Positions 1-12,510 of a DNA stretch of 64,000 nt are shown one piece after another. The stretch covers positions 1 to 64,000 of the forward strand of contig KZ538016.1 of assembly GCA_000934665.2 (NCBI GenBank). Reading direction: 5' to 3'. Source of the DNA: Catajapyx aquilonaris. Its lineage: Eukaryota. Within the stretch, counting starts at the first letter, position 1. Each line of letters begins with the position of its first letter. The position numbers were made by a program, and so were the translations under genes. The notes beneath the pieces are model-generated. The model saw nothing but the letters and a program-made list of their open reading frames with translations, was not told where the DNA came from and made no database searches.

Positions 1-894
1 ATAAAGCGCCAAACATAACATTTGCTCTTTCCTTGATAACCAGATGTAATTCATATTCCATAAAACTTTTCTACACTATCCTTTGGTCTTTTGTTGTATT
101 TGCAAAAGGCCTTTAATTCATTTTTCCAACACCATTCACTCAGCTCAAGTGATGGTTCGAATAATATTTTTTGACACAATCTGCAGCATGCGCATCAACA
201 TGTGCTTCACCTGCAAGTGTAACCATGCAGCAATGCCCCAGAACATTATCATCGAGGAATCCACCAACTTCCAAACAGGCTAATAACCAAAAGCCTGTTA
301 AGTACATTCACATAACTGGGAATTTTTCATCACATTTGAAGTTACCCCTGGATCTCATAGGTGATGTGATGAAAGAGAAAGTTACATGATGAAAAATACG
401 AGTGGCTAAAAACAAACAGTAGTCATAATATTATGCTGTTCTTGTTAATACATGCAGAACTAAAAAGGAAGCTGCGTAAAATGCAGATGCTCAAGTGCTC
501 TTGACCAGCAGAACACATTTGGTCAAAAGGTTTTGAACAGATACATTAACAAAGTCAATATTGGCTTCACATAAGGCTCACAGCAAGAGAAATGGGCAGT
601 TTAGGGATTGAATGTCCATGGGAGGGCAGCCGGTAAAAGACACTAATGAAGCAGCCGGGTAGCGAAAAATGCCGATCTTGTAATATCCATTACCTTCAAT
701 ATGCAACAGATATGTACAGCAATAAGATGTCATACAAATCCCATTAATGTTGCAGAGGACTATTATTTTGATGCATAAAGGTGCAGATCGAGTTTTAAAA
801 AAAGCATGCACTACTAGAAATATCTTGTACAAAGCGCCTGTAATTGAACCAGCGATTAGCCAGCAAGCGCACAAGCTTTGCTCTAGGGCCCCTA

Positions 895-1008
895 GTCTGA
901 TGACCCCGGGTAAGCTATCCCGGGGGCAATCACCATGACAGCATATGTAAAAGGATAGCAGTAAACAACCAGTTACCCCAGGGGGCAAGCTACCCCGGTT
1001 CACCAGAC
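895..1008. mobile_element. Small TA-flanked MITE (Tc1/mariner-type, non-autonomous) in an ARMC9 intron
   Basis: Left end TA-GTCTGATGACCCCGGGTAAGCTATCCCGGGGG; reverse complement of the right end TA-GTCTGGTGAACCGGGGTAGCTTGCCCCCTGGGG. Imperfect ~35 bp terminal inverted repeats, with TA on both sides (893-894 and 1009-1010). Confidence 0.6.
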
Positions 1009-1101
1009 TATATACCTAAACCAAGTAAATGAATACATAAGAGACCGTTGCCTTACTTCCACTACTTATTTTCTCATTTCCTTGCTCTGATCATATTTTA
1101 C

Positions 1102-4100
1102 CTGAACAGCTTCTCGGAGCTGTCCCCACACCCAGGCAGAGAGGCAACACTCGGAGTGGTTGGGTATAATGTCGTGCAATCCTGCAGGCGGGGGGTGGTA
1201 GGTCGAGTCAGGGGCTCACTACATGCGAAGGTTGACACCACAGAGGTGCGCACCACGTCTGGATAGGTTTGGGGTGGCAAATTTGTGTGAGAAGAATGTG
1301 TGAGTAGAGGAGTTTTATGAAGAGAAACAAATACATGTGACTGAAGTACACTGATTAAGGCCTAGACATACTGTTAGGTATGACATACAACAACAGAAAG
1401 AGGGGGGTGTTTCATTGGCTGCTGATCTTGAGGCAAGAAATATTATGGTCAAATTCCTGCCTCAAAATAACCACTGAAAGCAAGTGCTATAAAGGCTAAT
1501 CTATTCGTATGCATTGTACCTGCAGGTGAGAGCCTGAAGAGCACATTCAGCAACTCCTCGCCAACGAGTTCGCCAGATTCAGCCTTGACTGGGTCATCCG
1601 CATCTAACTCCTCCTCCATGAAATCAACTTCTTCCTGCAGAATATTTGACGCAGACTTTTAAAAACTGTATTTAAAAATTCTCCTGCAGTCACACAGAAA
1701 TAAAGAGATGACCAACGCGTTATTTAGTAATTCTCTACTCCTGACTGCAACTACCTGTCACTTAGATTGCAACCATTCCAGTTGGTCAAATATGACATTA
1801 CAATTTCTAACTGCATATTCTAATAATGTATTGCAAAAGCACATATCAATAGTTATTTGAAAAATACAGGCTGACCGTTTCAGTGTCAACACCATCATCT
1901 GCTTTCCCTCCTTTCTTCTCATCAACTTTCTCTCTGGTATGGAGCTGCAATATATAATTGAGTTGCCTGCCAACATCCGGAGGACTCAGCTCCATTTGCT
2001 GGATCAGTTTCTCCTTAAAGTCCATCATGACAGCCACTTGGTTGATCTCCTCAACGTCCAACAGACTGTAAAGAGTCCCATTGATGTAAGGCACTATCTG
2101 CCGAGTGGGAGAGCCAAGCAGTTCTGTCAGTATCCCAAGCAACTTCTCGGCCAGAGGGACGCAGCGGCTTTTCCCAACAGCGTTCAGGCACAGGTTCATC
2201 AGGAGAGCTGTGGAGTACTCAAGTGTGTATGGGTCCATGTTCTCGTGGCCACTCAGGAACTCCACCAGCCACTCTATCATGCCGTCTTCTATCATGCGCA
2301 CACGTTGGCTGTGCCTGAAATAGATAACGGTGTTGTAAACCCATCAAGACCTGTAACTACAATGAGAAATTTTTTGGCAAACGACAAGAAGGTAGATTGA
2401 GTGTGCCCAATGTTCCTATTCTCACTACACAATCGTGGAAGATTTATGCGATTAGAACCCCTGGAAAGATTGCAGGAACATATAAGTTTGCAGTAGGCAA
2501 AAATGTCGGCCATAAGGAAATGTGAGCACAGGACACTTGCCATTATCAACTCTTCGGGTCCCAAGTAAACAATGAAGGCAGTACCAACCTCAAGCTCAAT
2601 TTCTGCAAGGTTGCTATCACCATATCCCTCGTCAATTGGCTATTCCTGTCTGGATCATCTCCGGACCCTCCTCCGTCCCCTTCCTCTTCACCTTGGTTAG
2701 GGTCGTGCTTTATTAGCGCCAGTAAAGCTTCAATCAGTTGTGTACCGCATGCAAGATAGTCCCTCCCAGCTCTCAGAGATGCTATTGTGTTGATCAGTCG
2801 GGCAACCTGCTGCTGCACTGCTCCAGCATGCTTGTACTTCCTGCCGCCCTTGGTGACGGGGCACAAGTGACGCAAAACCACGTCCGTGTATATGGTGGGC
2901 GTGGAGAGGCCAAGGAGGTCGTTTCTTATGTATGATGCAATTACAGACTCTCGGTCCTCCAGTCCTATCTTGGTCACATGCCATCGAAGGGCCTGAAGAA
3001 GAAGCAGCTTGGAGCGGAGAGTGCCCGATGACACAATATTTTTGATATGCTGGTAATCCAGGTCATGGTTGCTTGGGGACAGGAGCTCCTGGATGCCTAC
3101 TTGAAATGACCTGCGCAAGATCTCGCCAGCAGTGACCTGTTCGGGGGATGGGTCAGGTAAGTGCTGGGAAAGAGGGGAGAATCACAGCAGACGCCATAGA
3201 CATGCTTTGCAAAGCTTTCATGCTTAGCAATAATTTCATGCCTCTTTCTCTAAGTCTGATAAGAAGAAGGAAAACTACAGGAATTAGGGAAACAAAACTA
3301 AGGGAATGGGGGGGAAAAAAAGTAAGACAAAATAATGAACACATGATAAATAATGCTTTAACAACATACATGCACAAATAAATACTGTCCTTTATTTCAT
3401 TTTGACTAATTGTGAGTGTTGCTATAACGAGCTTCTAGATAAGGAAACCTAATGTTGCATGCAGTTCTCATGCATCAGTAATTTGTAAATAATTGGTTAC
3501 AAAATTCTCCTTGTCAAAAACAACCGACAGAATTATTGGAATGCTTGAACTCTACTGATAATAATATTCATACAACTCACCTGGGGGTCTTCTTCTATAA
3601 GTGACACCTGCGTAAACAATTCTGGAAAAATCTGCATGCAATTCTCGAGGGTGAGTTCCAGGTCAAGATTTTCACTTCTAACGGCAGACTCTAGTGCTTT
3701 GGTGAGCTCGGCTGTCACACCTATTAAGGGACCGCATTGTGCTTTTTTTGAAAATAAACCGAGACGTTTCGGTATAAACTCAGCCCCCCCGATGCAAGCC
3801 TACCGATCAACTTGTTGTATGCTGCTTTGAGTCCCAACAGCTGGCGCTTGAGGCCCTTGTACCCCTTCTCAGTCTCGAGCAGGCGTCGCTGGCAGTCTTG
3901 CAGGCAGTGGTTCTCAATCTGTTTGCTAAGCTTGTGCTGCGAATTGACCAGGGTCACCAGACGTGGGGCCTCAGGAGTCTCCTTCTTGTGCATGGACAGA
4001 AATTGCTGAAGATTGGACCGCAACTTGTTCAGCCAGCTGTCCTGGAATTTATAAGAAGGCAGTGGAATCAGTGGTGACTGCAAGAAATTTTGAAAAATAG

Positions 4101-5073
4101 TGTGTGTCCAACAAACTTGATAGACAGCAGTCAAAGGGAACCTCCCACGTTTCAAATTTCCATGGAGACGCCCTTGTACGACAATAGGAGTAACCAGTGT
4201 TCATTTGTAGTGTGAGGGCATCTCCATGTAAACGGAAAAGTGGAAAGTTCCAGAAGTGCGTTCTCAAATGTCTGTGGACTATAGGAGACTACTTGTGAAG
4301 AAATGAGATGATTTTCACTGCTTATTACGAAATAAATAAGGACCAATCTGAACATGTTAACATGGCAAAACACATGCCTGGAAGAGGTCCTTGAAGGACG
4401 ACAACTGGCTTGGATTGTTTGCAAATGGCAGTGCAAAAAGCCTAAGGCACTCCGCCTCCTCCATCAACTCCTTCCCTTTGCTTTCAAGGAAGGTCCTGAG
4501 CCCCTGCATGGCTTGCACCGACTTGTCATCTGGCGGCTCCCCCTCACTGGGAGGCTCCTTACTAGCCGCCTCCCGGAATGGGAATATCGCAAAGTGGATC
4601 TGGAGGAAGAAAGCCAGCTTCTTCAGCTGGAGGGAGTTTCCATCTGCCAGTGGCATCACATCGCTCTCCCACAGCTGCACAACGAAACAAAATCGTGAGG
4701 CAACGAACATGAACCCCAACGGGAAGCAAACCTTTGTAAACTTCTCTCCGGCGCCAGCATTGAAATATTCCAGAAGCAACTCGACCTGCTTATCATCCAG
4801 CATTTCCTTCTTGTTCTCCTCATCCGGAAACGGATCCCCCTTCTCTTTGCACTCCATCACTAACGCCTCAGACGTCTTTTTAAAATTATTCATATCAAGG
4901 TACTGAAATTAAACACATCATGTCACATTATTGTTATATGATTACTACAGTATTGCTATTATGATTATTCTGCGTGGCCTGACCAGCCACTAGAGGGTTC
5001 ATTGTATCGGTCAAACGAGATGGCCATCACTGGTCATCACCCCTTAATGGGACCAAGGTCGTGACGAATAGCG

Positions 5074-5118
<45 letters not shown>

Positions 5119-5316
5119 GTTATTGTTATTATGGAACAGTCAAAATGGGGCACACCAGATAAGAGATTTGACGGCCTCTTCACAAAACCTTCCCTTTTCC
5201 ACCCACGCCACCCACTCCAAACCACAAAAGAACTTCAATTCCACTACTTTTTTCCCTCCACTTGACAAACTCACTTCCTTGATGAGGCCATTCAAGTCGT
5301 CCTCTTTGTCGCTCAT
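1102..5316 (-). CDS. ARMC9: LisH domain / armadillo-repeat ciliary protein ARMC9 ortholog (multi-exon; 3' end not resolved)
   Basis: Phase-consistent exons (minus): 5316-5275, 4902-4732, 4674-4378, 4041-3804, 3720-3581, 3136-2589, 2314-1876, 1634-1520, 1258-1102, giving about 715 aa. N-terminal LisH (LNGLIKEYLDMNNFKKTSEAL). ARMC9-typical segments: FALPFANNP..SFKDLFQDSW, YNKLIGVTAEL, LLLQALRW, YIRNDLL, LQKLSLR, YTLEYSTALLMNLCL, YINGTLYSLL, EPLTRPTTP. All introns are GT-AG except 4377-4042 (GC-AG). Exon 9 ends at a phase-2 donor, so at least one further exon is expected. Confidence 0.9.
5074..5130 (+). repeat. (ATT)n microsatellite, possibly the tail of a truncated retroposon (~4970-5130), in ARMC9 intron 1
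   Basis: Direct run of ATT units, preceded by ~100 bp of GC-richer sequence inside AT-rich intron; same tail type as the SINE at 12196. Confidence 0.75.
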
Positions 5317-6003
5317 AGCCGTTGCCTTGGATATGGAACAAACACACTCTTGTGCGCCTCGCCCTCGTTCCACTTTCAACCGACTCAAGACATGCCGACC
5401 CAACCTTGGGAAGGAGCCAGTTAAATAGAAGGATAAAGGAAGTGGAAGAAAAGAAAAAGAAAAAAAAAATGCGAATTTCGTGCTGAAGGACTCTCTCCGC
5501 TGAAAAATCAATCCGCCGCCATTTTGAATCACAGAACAGCAGTGGAGCCAACCACCTTTTGGCACACACACGAATTATTAATTAAAATTGTTACGCAGCA
5601 GCAGTTGTTGCCATGATTTATCACCATTTAAATTATTTGGGTGTTAAATGAATTGCCGGGTGGTTCGAGCTTCCCTGGCGTGAAGCTGGAAGGTTCTTTC
5701 ACCTGTCAACAATGGCCGAACTGGTCGCTTGTTCTCTCCTTTTTTGTGTGTGTTCCATTTTTCATTCCGATCCGTGTTTCCCCTACAAGATTTAATTGGA
5801 ATTAGTTCAAATGCGGTTGGATTAGATCCGGCTAGTTGGGTGGATAATTAGGTGAGTTTTGGGGGTCGTGTCATGGTCATGAGTCAAGCTGGCGTGTCCA
5901 GAAGACTTTGGGGGGGAGCTACCCAGCCATGAAGTACATTACACCTTTAGAGAGAGGCTGGCCATATTGTGCTCATTTCTGTTCCCGTTTTATTTTCGAA
6001 GGA
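5317..6003. promoter_or_regulatory. Bidirectional promoter/5'UTR region shared by ARMC9 (-) and the C2H2 ZNF gene (+), with X-box-like motifs
   Basis: Divergent start codons (5316 and 6004) lie under 700 bp apart. GTTGCCTTGGATAT at 5321-5334 and GTTGCCATG at 5607 resemble RFX X-boxes. Probable ZNF 5'UTR intron 5852-6001 (AG|GTGAGT ... TTTTCGAAG). Confidence 0.6.
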
Positions 6004-8031
6004 ATGGCCAGCAACAGCGAGGAGAGCAGCGGTGTGGGGGACGACCAGTCTTCTGAGGATTGGAATGGGGCGGAGAGTGAGGACAACCAGAACGGGGATG
6101 ACAGCGGCGGGGAGGAGTTCGATCCCATGTCGTACACCGCGACTGAGCTGGCCGACGGGGAGGATGATGCGATAATGGTGGACATACCAGGCACGAACGA
6201 CGACGATACCGAAGAGGAAGATGCGGATGAACCGGAAGAACTGCATCCGGAAGATATGGTGGCGGTCGACTACGCTTCTAACGAAGACAATGCCGAAGAG
6301 AACCAAACGATGCAGCCTCGTCACACATGCCGCTATTGTGGGAAGCACTTTACGTCCAAGTCTTACCTGCATACCCACGAGGACATCCATGCAGGTCGTA
6401 AGCCGCATCGGTGTCCGCAGTGCGATTGGAGCTTCACGCATCGAGCCTCGCTGGTGCGTCATCTCAAGCTGCATCGATCGGGCGAGTCGCATCGTTGTCG
6501 GGTGTGTGGGCGACATTTCACTTGCAATGCAGATCTGTCCATCCATATGCGGATCCACACTGGGGAAAAGCCGTACCACTGTGGGCGATGTGGGAAGCGG
6601 TTCAACCAGAAAGGGAGCTTCAATCGACATCTGCGTACTCATCAGGAGGGGGATGCTGAAATTGAGCTGATACCGGAAAACACGTATGCCTGCACAATTT
6701 GCAACGAGACGTTTGCTGACATTCCTTCGCTGGAGACGCATGTTCGGGCGCATGATGGGATCAAGACCATCGGAGGGGGTAATGCCAGTTCGGCAGCTCA
6801 ACCGTACGAGTGTGGCGTCTGTTTTAGAAGATTCAGCCAGAGATCAAGCCTCAAGCGCCACCAGCGCATATTCCAACATCGGTCTGGCGATCCCAAGCCA
6901 GCAGAACTGACAATAGAACCAGCACCGCCACCACCAGTGAACGAACCAGCCGGGCCCTACCAGTGTGCACATTGTCCGAAGCGATTTGTTGCTCGTCGCT
7001 CGCTTAAAATACATGAGCGATCTCATTTGGGTGATCGTCCATATCCTTGCATGTATTGTGGGAAGTGCTTCTTCCGTGCATCATATTTGCAGTCGCACGA
7101 GCGCATACACACTGGTGAGCGTCCATATGAATGCCAGGTGTGTCACCTCACGTTCAACCAACGTTCCAGCTTGTACCGGCATCGGCGGCGTCACAAACAC
7201 AATATTCCGCCGCCAGCACCTGAGCCGGAGATCGAACCACCACCAGGGTCACCTTCTGAAGGTCCTGTCTACATGTGCAAGATGTGTCCAGAGCAGTTCA
7301 GCAGCAGCATGGAGTTGTTGTCCCACTGGCGTTGTCACCAAAACAGTGCCAACGACAGCACCGGTGGTCCCACCGAGGCCGGAGCAGCAGGGGAGAAGCC
7401 TTTCCGATGCGGATTCTGTGGGAAGAGCTTCAGTCGACGGTGTGACTTGATTCCACACGAACGGATTCATACGGGGGAACGTCCGTTTCAGTGTGACATA
7501 TGTTTGCGTACATTCAACCAGAAGAGTTCGTTCCGCCGCCACCAGAAGACACACCTGAACGAACAAGTTGACAACGACACACTGTGGAGCGTTGGCGGGC
7601 GTGACCTCGTCTCTGAACTGATGCAGGTTGGAGCCAGGATAGACCCAATGAACTTTTGCAATCTGAACATGGAAGTGAAGCCAGAAGTGGCAGAGGATGA
7701 ATCTAAGGCGTACATGTGCGAGAGGTGTGACATCGCATTTGATACAGAGGCTGACCTAGAGTCCCACCTTCAGTCGCATGACCTGACATGCGGCGAGTGT
7801 GGGAAGTCATTCCGCAATCTCCAAAGCCTCCGCACTCACGCCCTTTCACATGTGGGAGACAAACCATTCCAGTGCGACCTGTGCCCCAAAGCATTTAAGC
7901 TGAAGTCACTCCTCCGAGAGCATCGGAGGAATCATGCAGGCGGGAGGCCGTACACCTGCGGAAGATGTGGGAAGGGGTATGAACGTGTGTTTGACTTACG
8001 CATTCATGAGCGTGTCCATCTCAAGCGATGA
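6004..8031 (+). CDS. Multi-C2H2 (Kruppel-type) zinc-finger protein, 16 fingers, acidic N-terminus, ~675 aa
   Basis: Uninterrupted ORF with 16 CxxC...HxxxH units (one has a longer His spacing) and TGEKPY/TGERPF linkers. Asp/Glu-rich first ~105 aa and Pro-rich spacers. ATG 6004 is preferred because it follows a probable acceptor at 6001 (ORF track starts at 5908). AATAAA at 8156-8161. Confidence 0.92.
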   Translation: MASNSEESSGVGDDQSSEDWNGAESEDNQNGDDSGGEEFDPMSYTATELADGEDDAIMVDIPGTNDDDTEEEDADEPEELHPEDMVAVDYASNEDNAEENQTMQPRHTCRYCGKHFTSKSYLHTHEDIHAGRKPHRCPQCDWSFTHRASLVRHLKLHRSGESHRCRVCGRHFTCNADLSIHMRIHTGEKPYHCGRCGKRFNQKGSFNRHLRTHQEGDAEIELIPENTYACTICNETFADIPSLETHVRAHDGIKTIGGGNASSAAQPYECGVCFRRFSQRSSLKRHQRIFQHRSGDPKPAELTIEPAPPPPVNEPAGPYQCAHCPKRFVARRSLKIHERSHLGDRPYPCMYCGKCFFRASYLQSHERIHTGERPYECQVCHLTFNQRSSLYRHRRRHKHNIPPPAPEPEIEPPPGSPSEGPVYMCKMCPEQFSSSMELLSHWRCHQNSANDSTGGPTEAGAAGEKPFRCGFCGKSFSRRCDLIPHERIHTGERPFQCDICLRTFNQKSSFRRHQKTHLNEQVDNDTLWSVGGRDLVSELMQVGARIDPMNFCNLNMEVKPEVAEDESKAYMCERCDIAFDTEADLESHLQSHDLTCGECGKSFRNLQSLRTHALSHVGDKPFQCDLCPKAFKLKSLLREHRRNHAGGRPYTCGRCGKGYERVFDLRIHERVHLKR

Positions 8032-8250
8032 GTTGTCTTCTGTGGATCATGTCTTTTTAAAATGTGCGAGTGTTAGTGGTAGGTTTATAATGGTTGTATG
8101 CGAGAAATACGCTTTGGTATTACGTTCTACTTAACGTAGGTGTATCAGGGAATGAAATAAAATGTTCGGAAATTAATGTACAAAATGTTTACTGTCTACT
8201 AGTGTATGTCCATGAATAAATTAAATGCATGTACAGTACAGCTACATTCT

Positions 8251-10387
<2,137 letters not shown>

Positions 10388-10444
10388 TGTCCCACGAAAC
10401 TGGAAACTATACTATCGACACCTGACTACTCACTACTGAGATAT

Positions 10445-10452
10445 TATCGATA
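10445..10452. promoter_or_regulatory. DRE (TATCGATA) housekeeping-promoter element upstream of DDX28
   Basis: Perfect TATCGATA palindrome ~58 bp upstream of the DDX28 ATG; related TATCGACA at ~10413 and ATCGATCGATAG at ~10658. Confidence 0.55.
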
Positions 10453-11559
10453 GCATCAGGTAGCAGCTACGTGCTATTACTGTGAAGAGAATAACTAATA
10501 TCTGGGAAAGCTGGTATTAGTTTCATTGATAACATATTGCGTTTCAACAAACTTATTTTTTAAAACATATCATGTATACATCAGTCTTTTGCAGCCTGGA
10601 TGGTTCCTCAGGTATCCAGGAGTCGTCCCCTCTGAGGTAGATTCGGTAGATCAGTCGATCGATCGATAGCCATGGCGCATAGCTGGCCGGTCAGGGCGAA
10701 CCAGTCAATATACCCAGGTAGCTGCTAGTTAAATATAGCCGTTATGGAGTTGTAAGCTTCGTTAGCAGCTTGTAGTAGCGATGTCAAGGACCGCACGAAA
10801 AGTGCCGCTGCGCTGTGTCACAGGCCACGGCGAGGGTCACCAAACCTACACCAAACACTTTCCTACTTCCACTGCGGCGGTGCCCAGTCGGGCGAGGAGC
10901 TCGACGACCCGATCCATGCTGCTATAAGGCGAAAATGCCGAAAAAAATTTAAAATCCGCTGTATTTATACCCCCCCTCGCCGGCTCCCGCGCTGCGCAGA
11001 AGATGTGCGCAGTGCCTCAGGGCAACTCCGTGACATATCGACCAGACATTGCCACTTCACCTACTCCTATTTTTATAAAATTTAGCACATACGTTACGAA
11101 CGACATCAGGAGAATGTGTAATAGTGGAAATAATTTCAAATATCAGAGATCAATATATCAGGAGAAATAAAATGACAAAGAAAAGGTACGGTGACAATAT
11201 TTTTGGCTTATATCTCCACATGTATGCATGTTTGGAGTGTTAGCAATATGTCATTTTATGCCTAACAATATGTGTATTTTACCACATACCTTTATTGATT
11301 TCTGTAACGTAAACTACGTACAAAAATTGGGAGGACAGTCATATGACCTCATATTACCTTCTGAATTTTTCAGTGTGACTAATGGAAGAAATATTTAAAA
11401 AATTTCACCTGTACCTGTACGCAATTTATGAAGACAAAAAAAGTTTCAGTCTGATAAAATATTTTCTTTTTTAGAAAATAATCCTGAAACATGACCCAAA
11501 CCGTCCTATTCCTCCCCCGATCACGTATCCTGCAAGGCGGTAGCGAAGATCTTGCAGAC

Positions 11560-11594
11560 TTGCAGCTCTAGCTAGTTAGTAGCTAGAGCTGCAA
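11560..11594. repeat. Inverted repeat / hairpin, 15-bp perfect stem with 5-nt loop
   Basis: TTGCAGCTCTAGCTA-GTTAG-TAGCTAGAGCTGCAA. Confidence 0.8.
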
Positions 11595-11849
11595 TTCGTG
11601 CTTAGTAGCTCAGATACTGTCCGGCAATCGTCATACTCACGCACACAGTTTACCAGAAACATTAAGAAGCAATAATACAGAATGCAAAACAACTTCTCGA
11701 AAAGAAAATAATATGCAGATTATGACAAGGAAAGATTCCCTTCAGAAATTAACGAATTCATATTTTTGTCACGGGACTTGTTCTCAATAATATTTTAAAA
11801 ATTGAAACTATTTTTTTTTCAATAACATGCCTCAATAGCTGTTTCCTGA

Positions 11850-11927
11850 GTTATGAAAATGTGGCATTCAAACAGCTGAATTTGCCAGCACACTGGCAAA
11901 TTCAATTGAATGCCACATTTTCATAAC
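11850..11927. repeat. Long hairpin-forming inverted repeat (78 nt)
   Basis: Outer 22-bp stem GTTATGAAAATGTGGCATTCAA/TTGAATGCCACATTTTCATAAC plus inner 12-bp stem TGAATTTGCCAG/CTGGCAAATTCA around a CACA loop. Confidence 0.85.
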
Positions 11928-11933
11928 ACTTCA

Positions 11934-12005
11934 TAGCACTTTCTGAGGTAATTTCAATGATGAAAAGTATACTTTTCATCATTGAAATGACCTCAGAAAG
12001 TGCTA
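11934..12005. repeat. 72-nt near-perfect palindrome (35/36 bp paired, no loop), starting and ending in TA
   Basis: TAGCACTTTCTGAGGTAATTTCAATGATGAAAAGTA|TACTTTTCATCATTGAAATGACCTCAGAAAGTGCTA. Confidence 0.88.
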
Positions 12006-12195
12006 GGCACCTCATCCTTACTGTGCCAACATTCGTCAACATGGTAGTGTTGGGACAGGAAGGGCAGGAAATCACAGGTGAGGAGCCCTATCAGCTACAG
12101 GGGCCCGAAGAACATGTGCTCAGACCGGCTCTGGTGGTTTTTCAATAATTGAGACAGGGAAAATTGTTTCAACTTGTATTAATTACTGATTAATA

Positions 12196-12510
12196 ACCGA
12201 AGCAGTAGTGGTGTAGTGGTAAGGTGTCCAACTGCTAATCGGGAGGTCCCGGGTTCGAATCCCGGAGGCCGGCGACCCTGACCATGGTTTTCTGTGGTCT
12301 CCCATGGTCCTTGCAGGATAATTCCGGGGTCGTTACCGTAATATAGGCCACAGCCGCTTCCTTCCTTCCCTTTCCCTGCTTCATTCCGAAGATGAGAAAA
12401 ATAGTAAAAAATGGAAGAGTTCCAGACAAAAAAAAATGGGAGAAATCCCCCCCTAGGAAGGCCCGTAGGCTGATAATGGGGTATCAAATTATTATTATTA
12501 TTATTATTAT
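12196..12510 (+). mobile_element. Full-length tRNA-derived SINE with (ATT)n tail and 16-bp target-site duplication
   Basis: Pol III A box TGGTGTAGTGG (12209-12219) and B box GGTTCGAATCC (12252-12262). Body GGTTTTCTGTGGTCTCCC...GGCCACAGCCGCTTCCTTCC resembles Lm1-type insect SINE cores (from recall). (ATT)n tail. TSD TAATTACTGATTAATA at 12180-12195 and 12511-12526. Confidence 0.88.

Noticed and set aside
3153..3377. Possible extra ARMC9 exon
   Set aside because: The acceptor at ~3256 gives an immediate stop in the required phase; exon 5 joins cleanly to 3136.
5947..6801. 284-aa minus-strand ORF and other ORFs overlapping the ZNF, ARMC9, DDX28 and Ski exons
   Set aside because: Antisense or alternate-frame shadows of real coding exons, with no recognisable domains.
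10930..11530. DNA-transposon remnant upstream of DDX28
   Set aside because: It looks repeat-like, but I could not pair terminal inverted repeats or find a TSD.
12201..12275. tRNA gene
   Set aside because: A/B boxes are present, but the sequence runs on into a SINE body, ATT tail and TSD; it is a SINE head.
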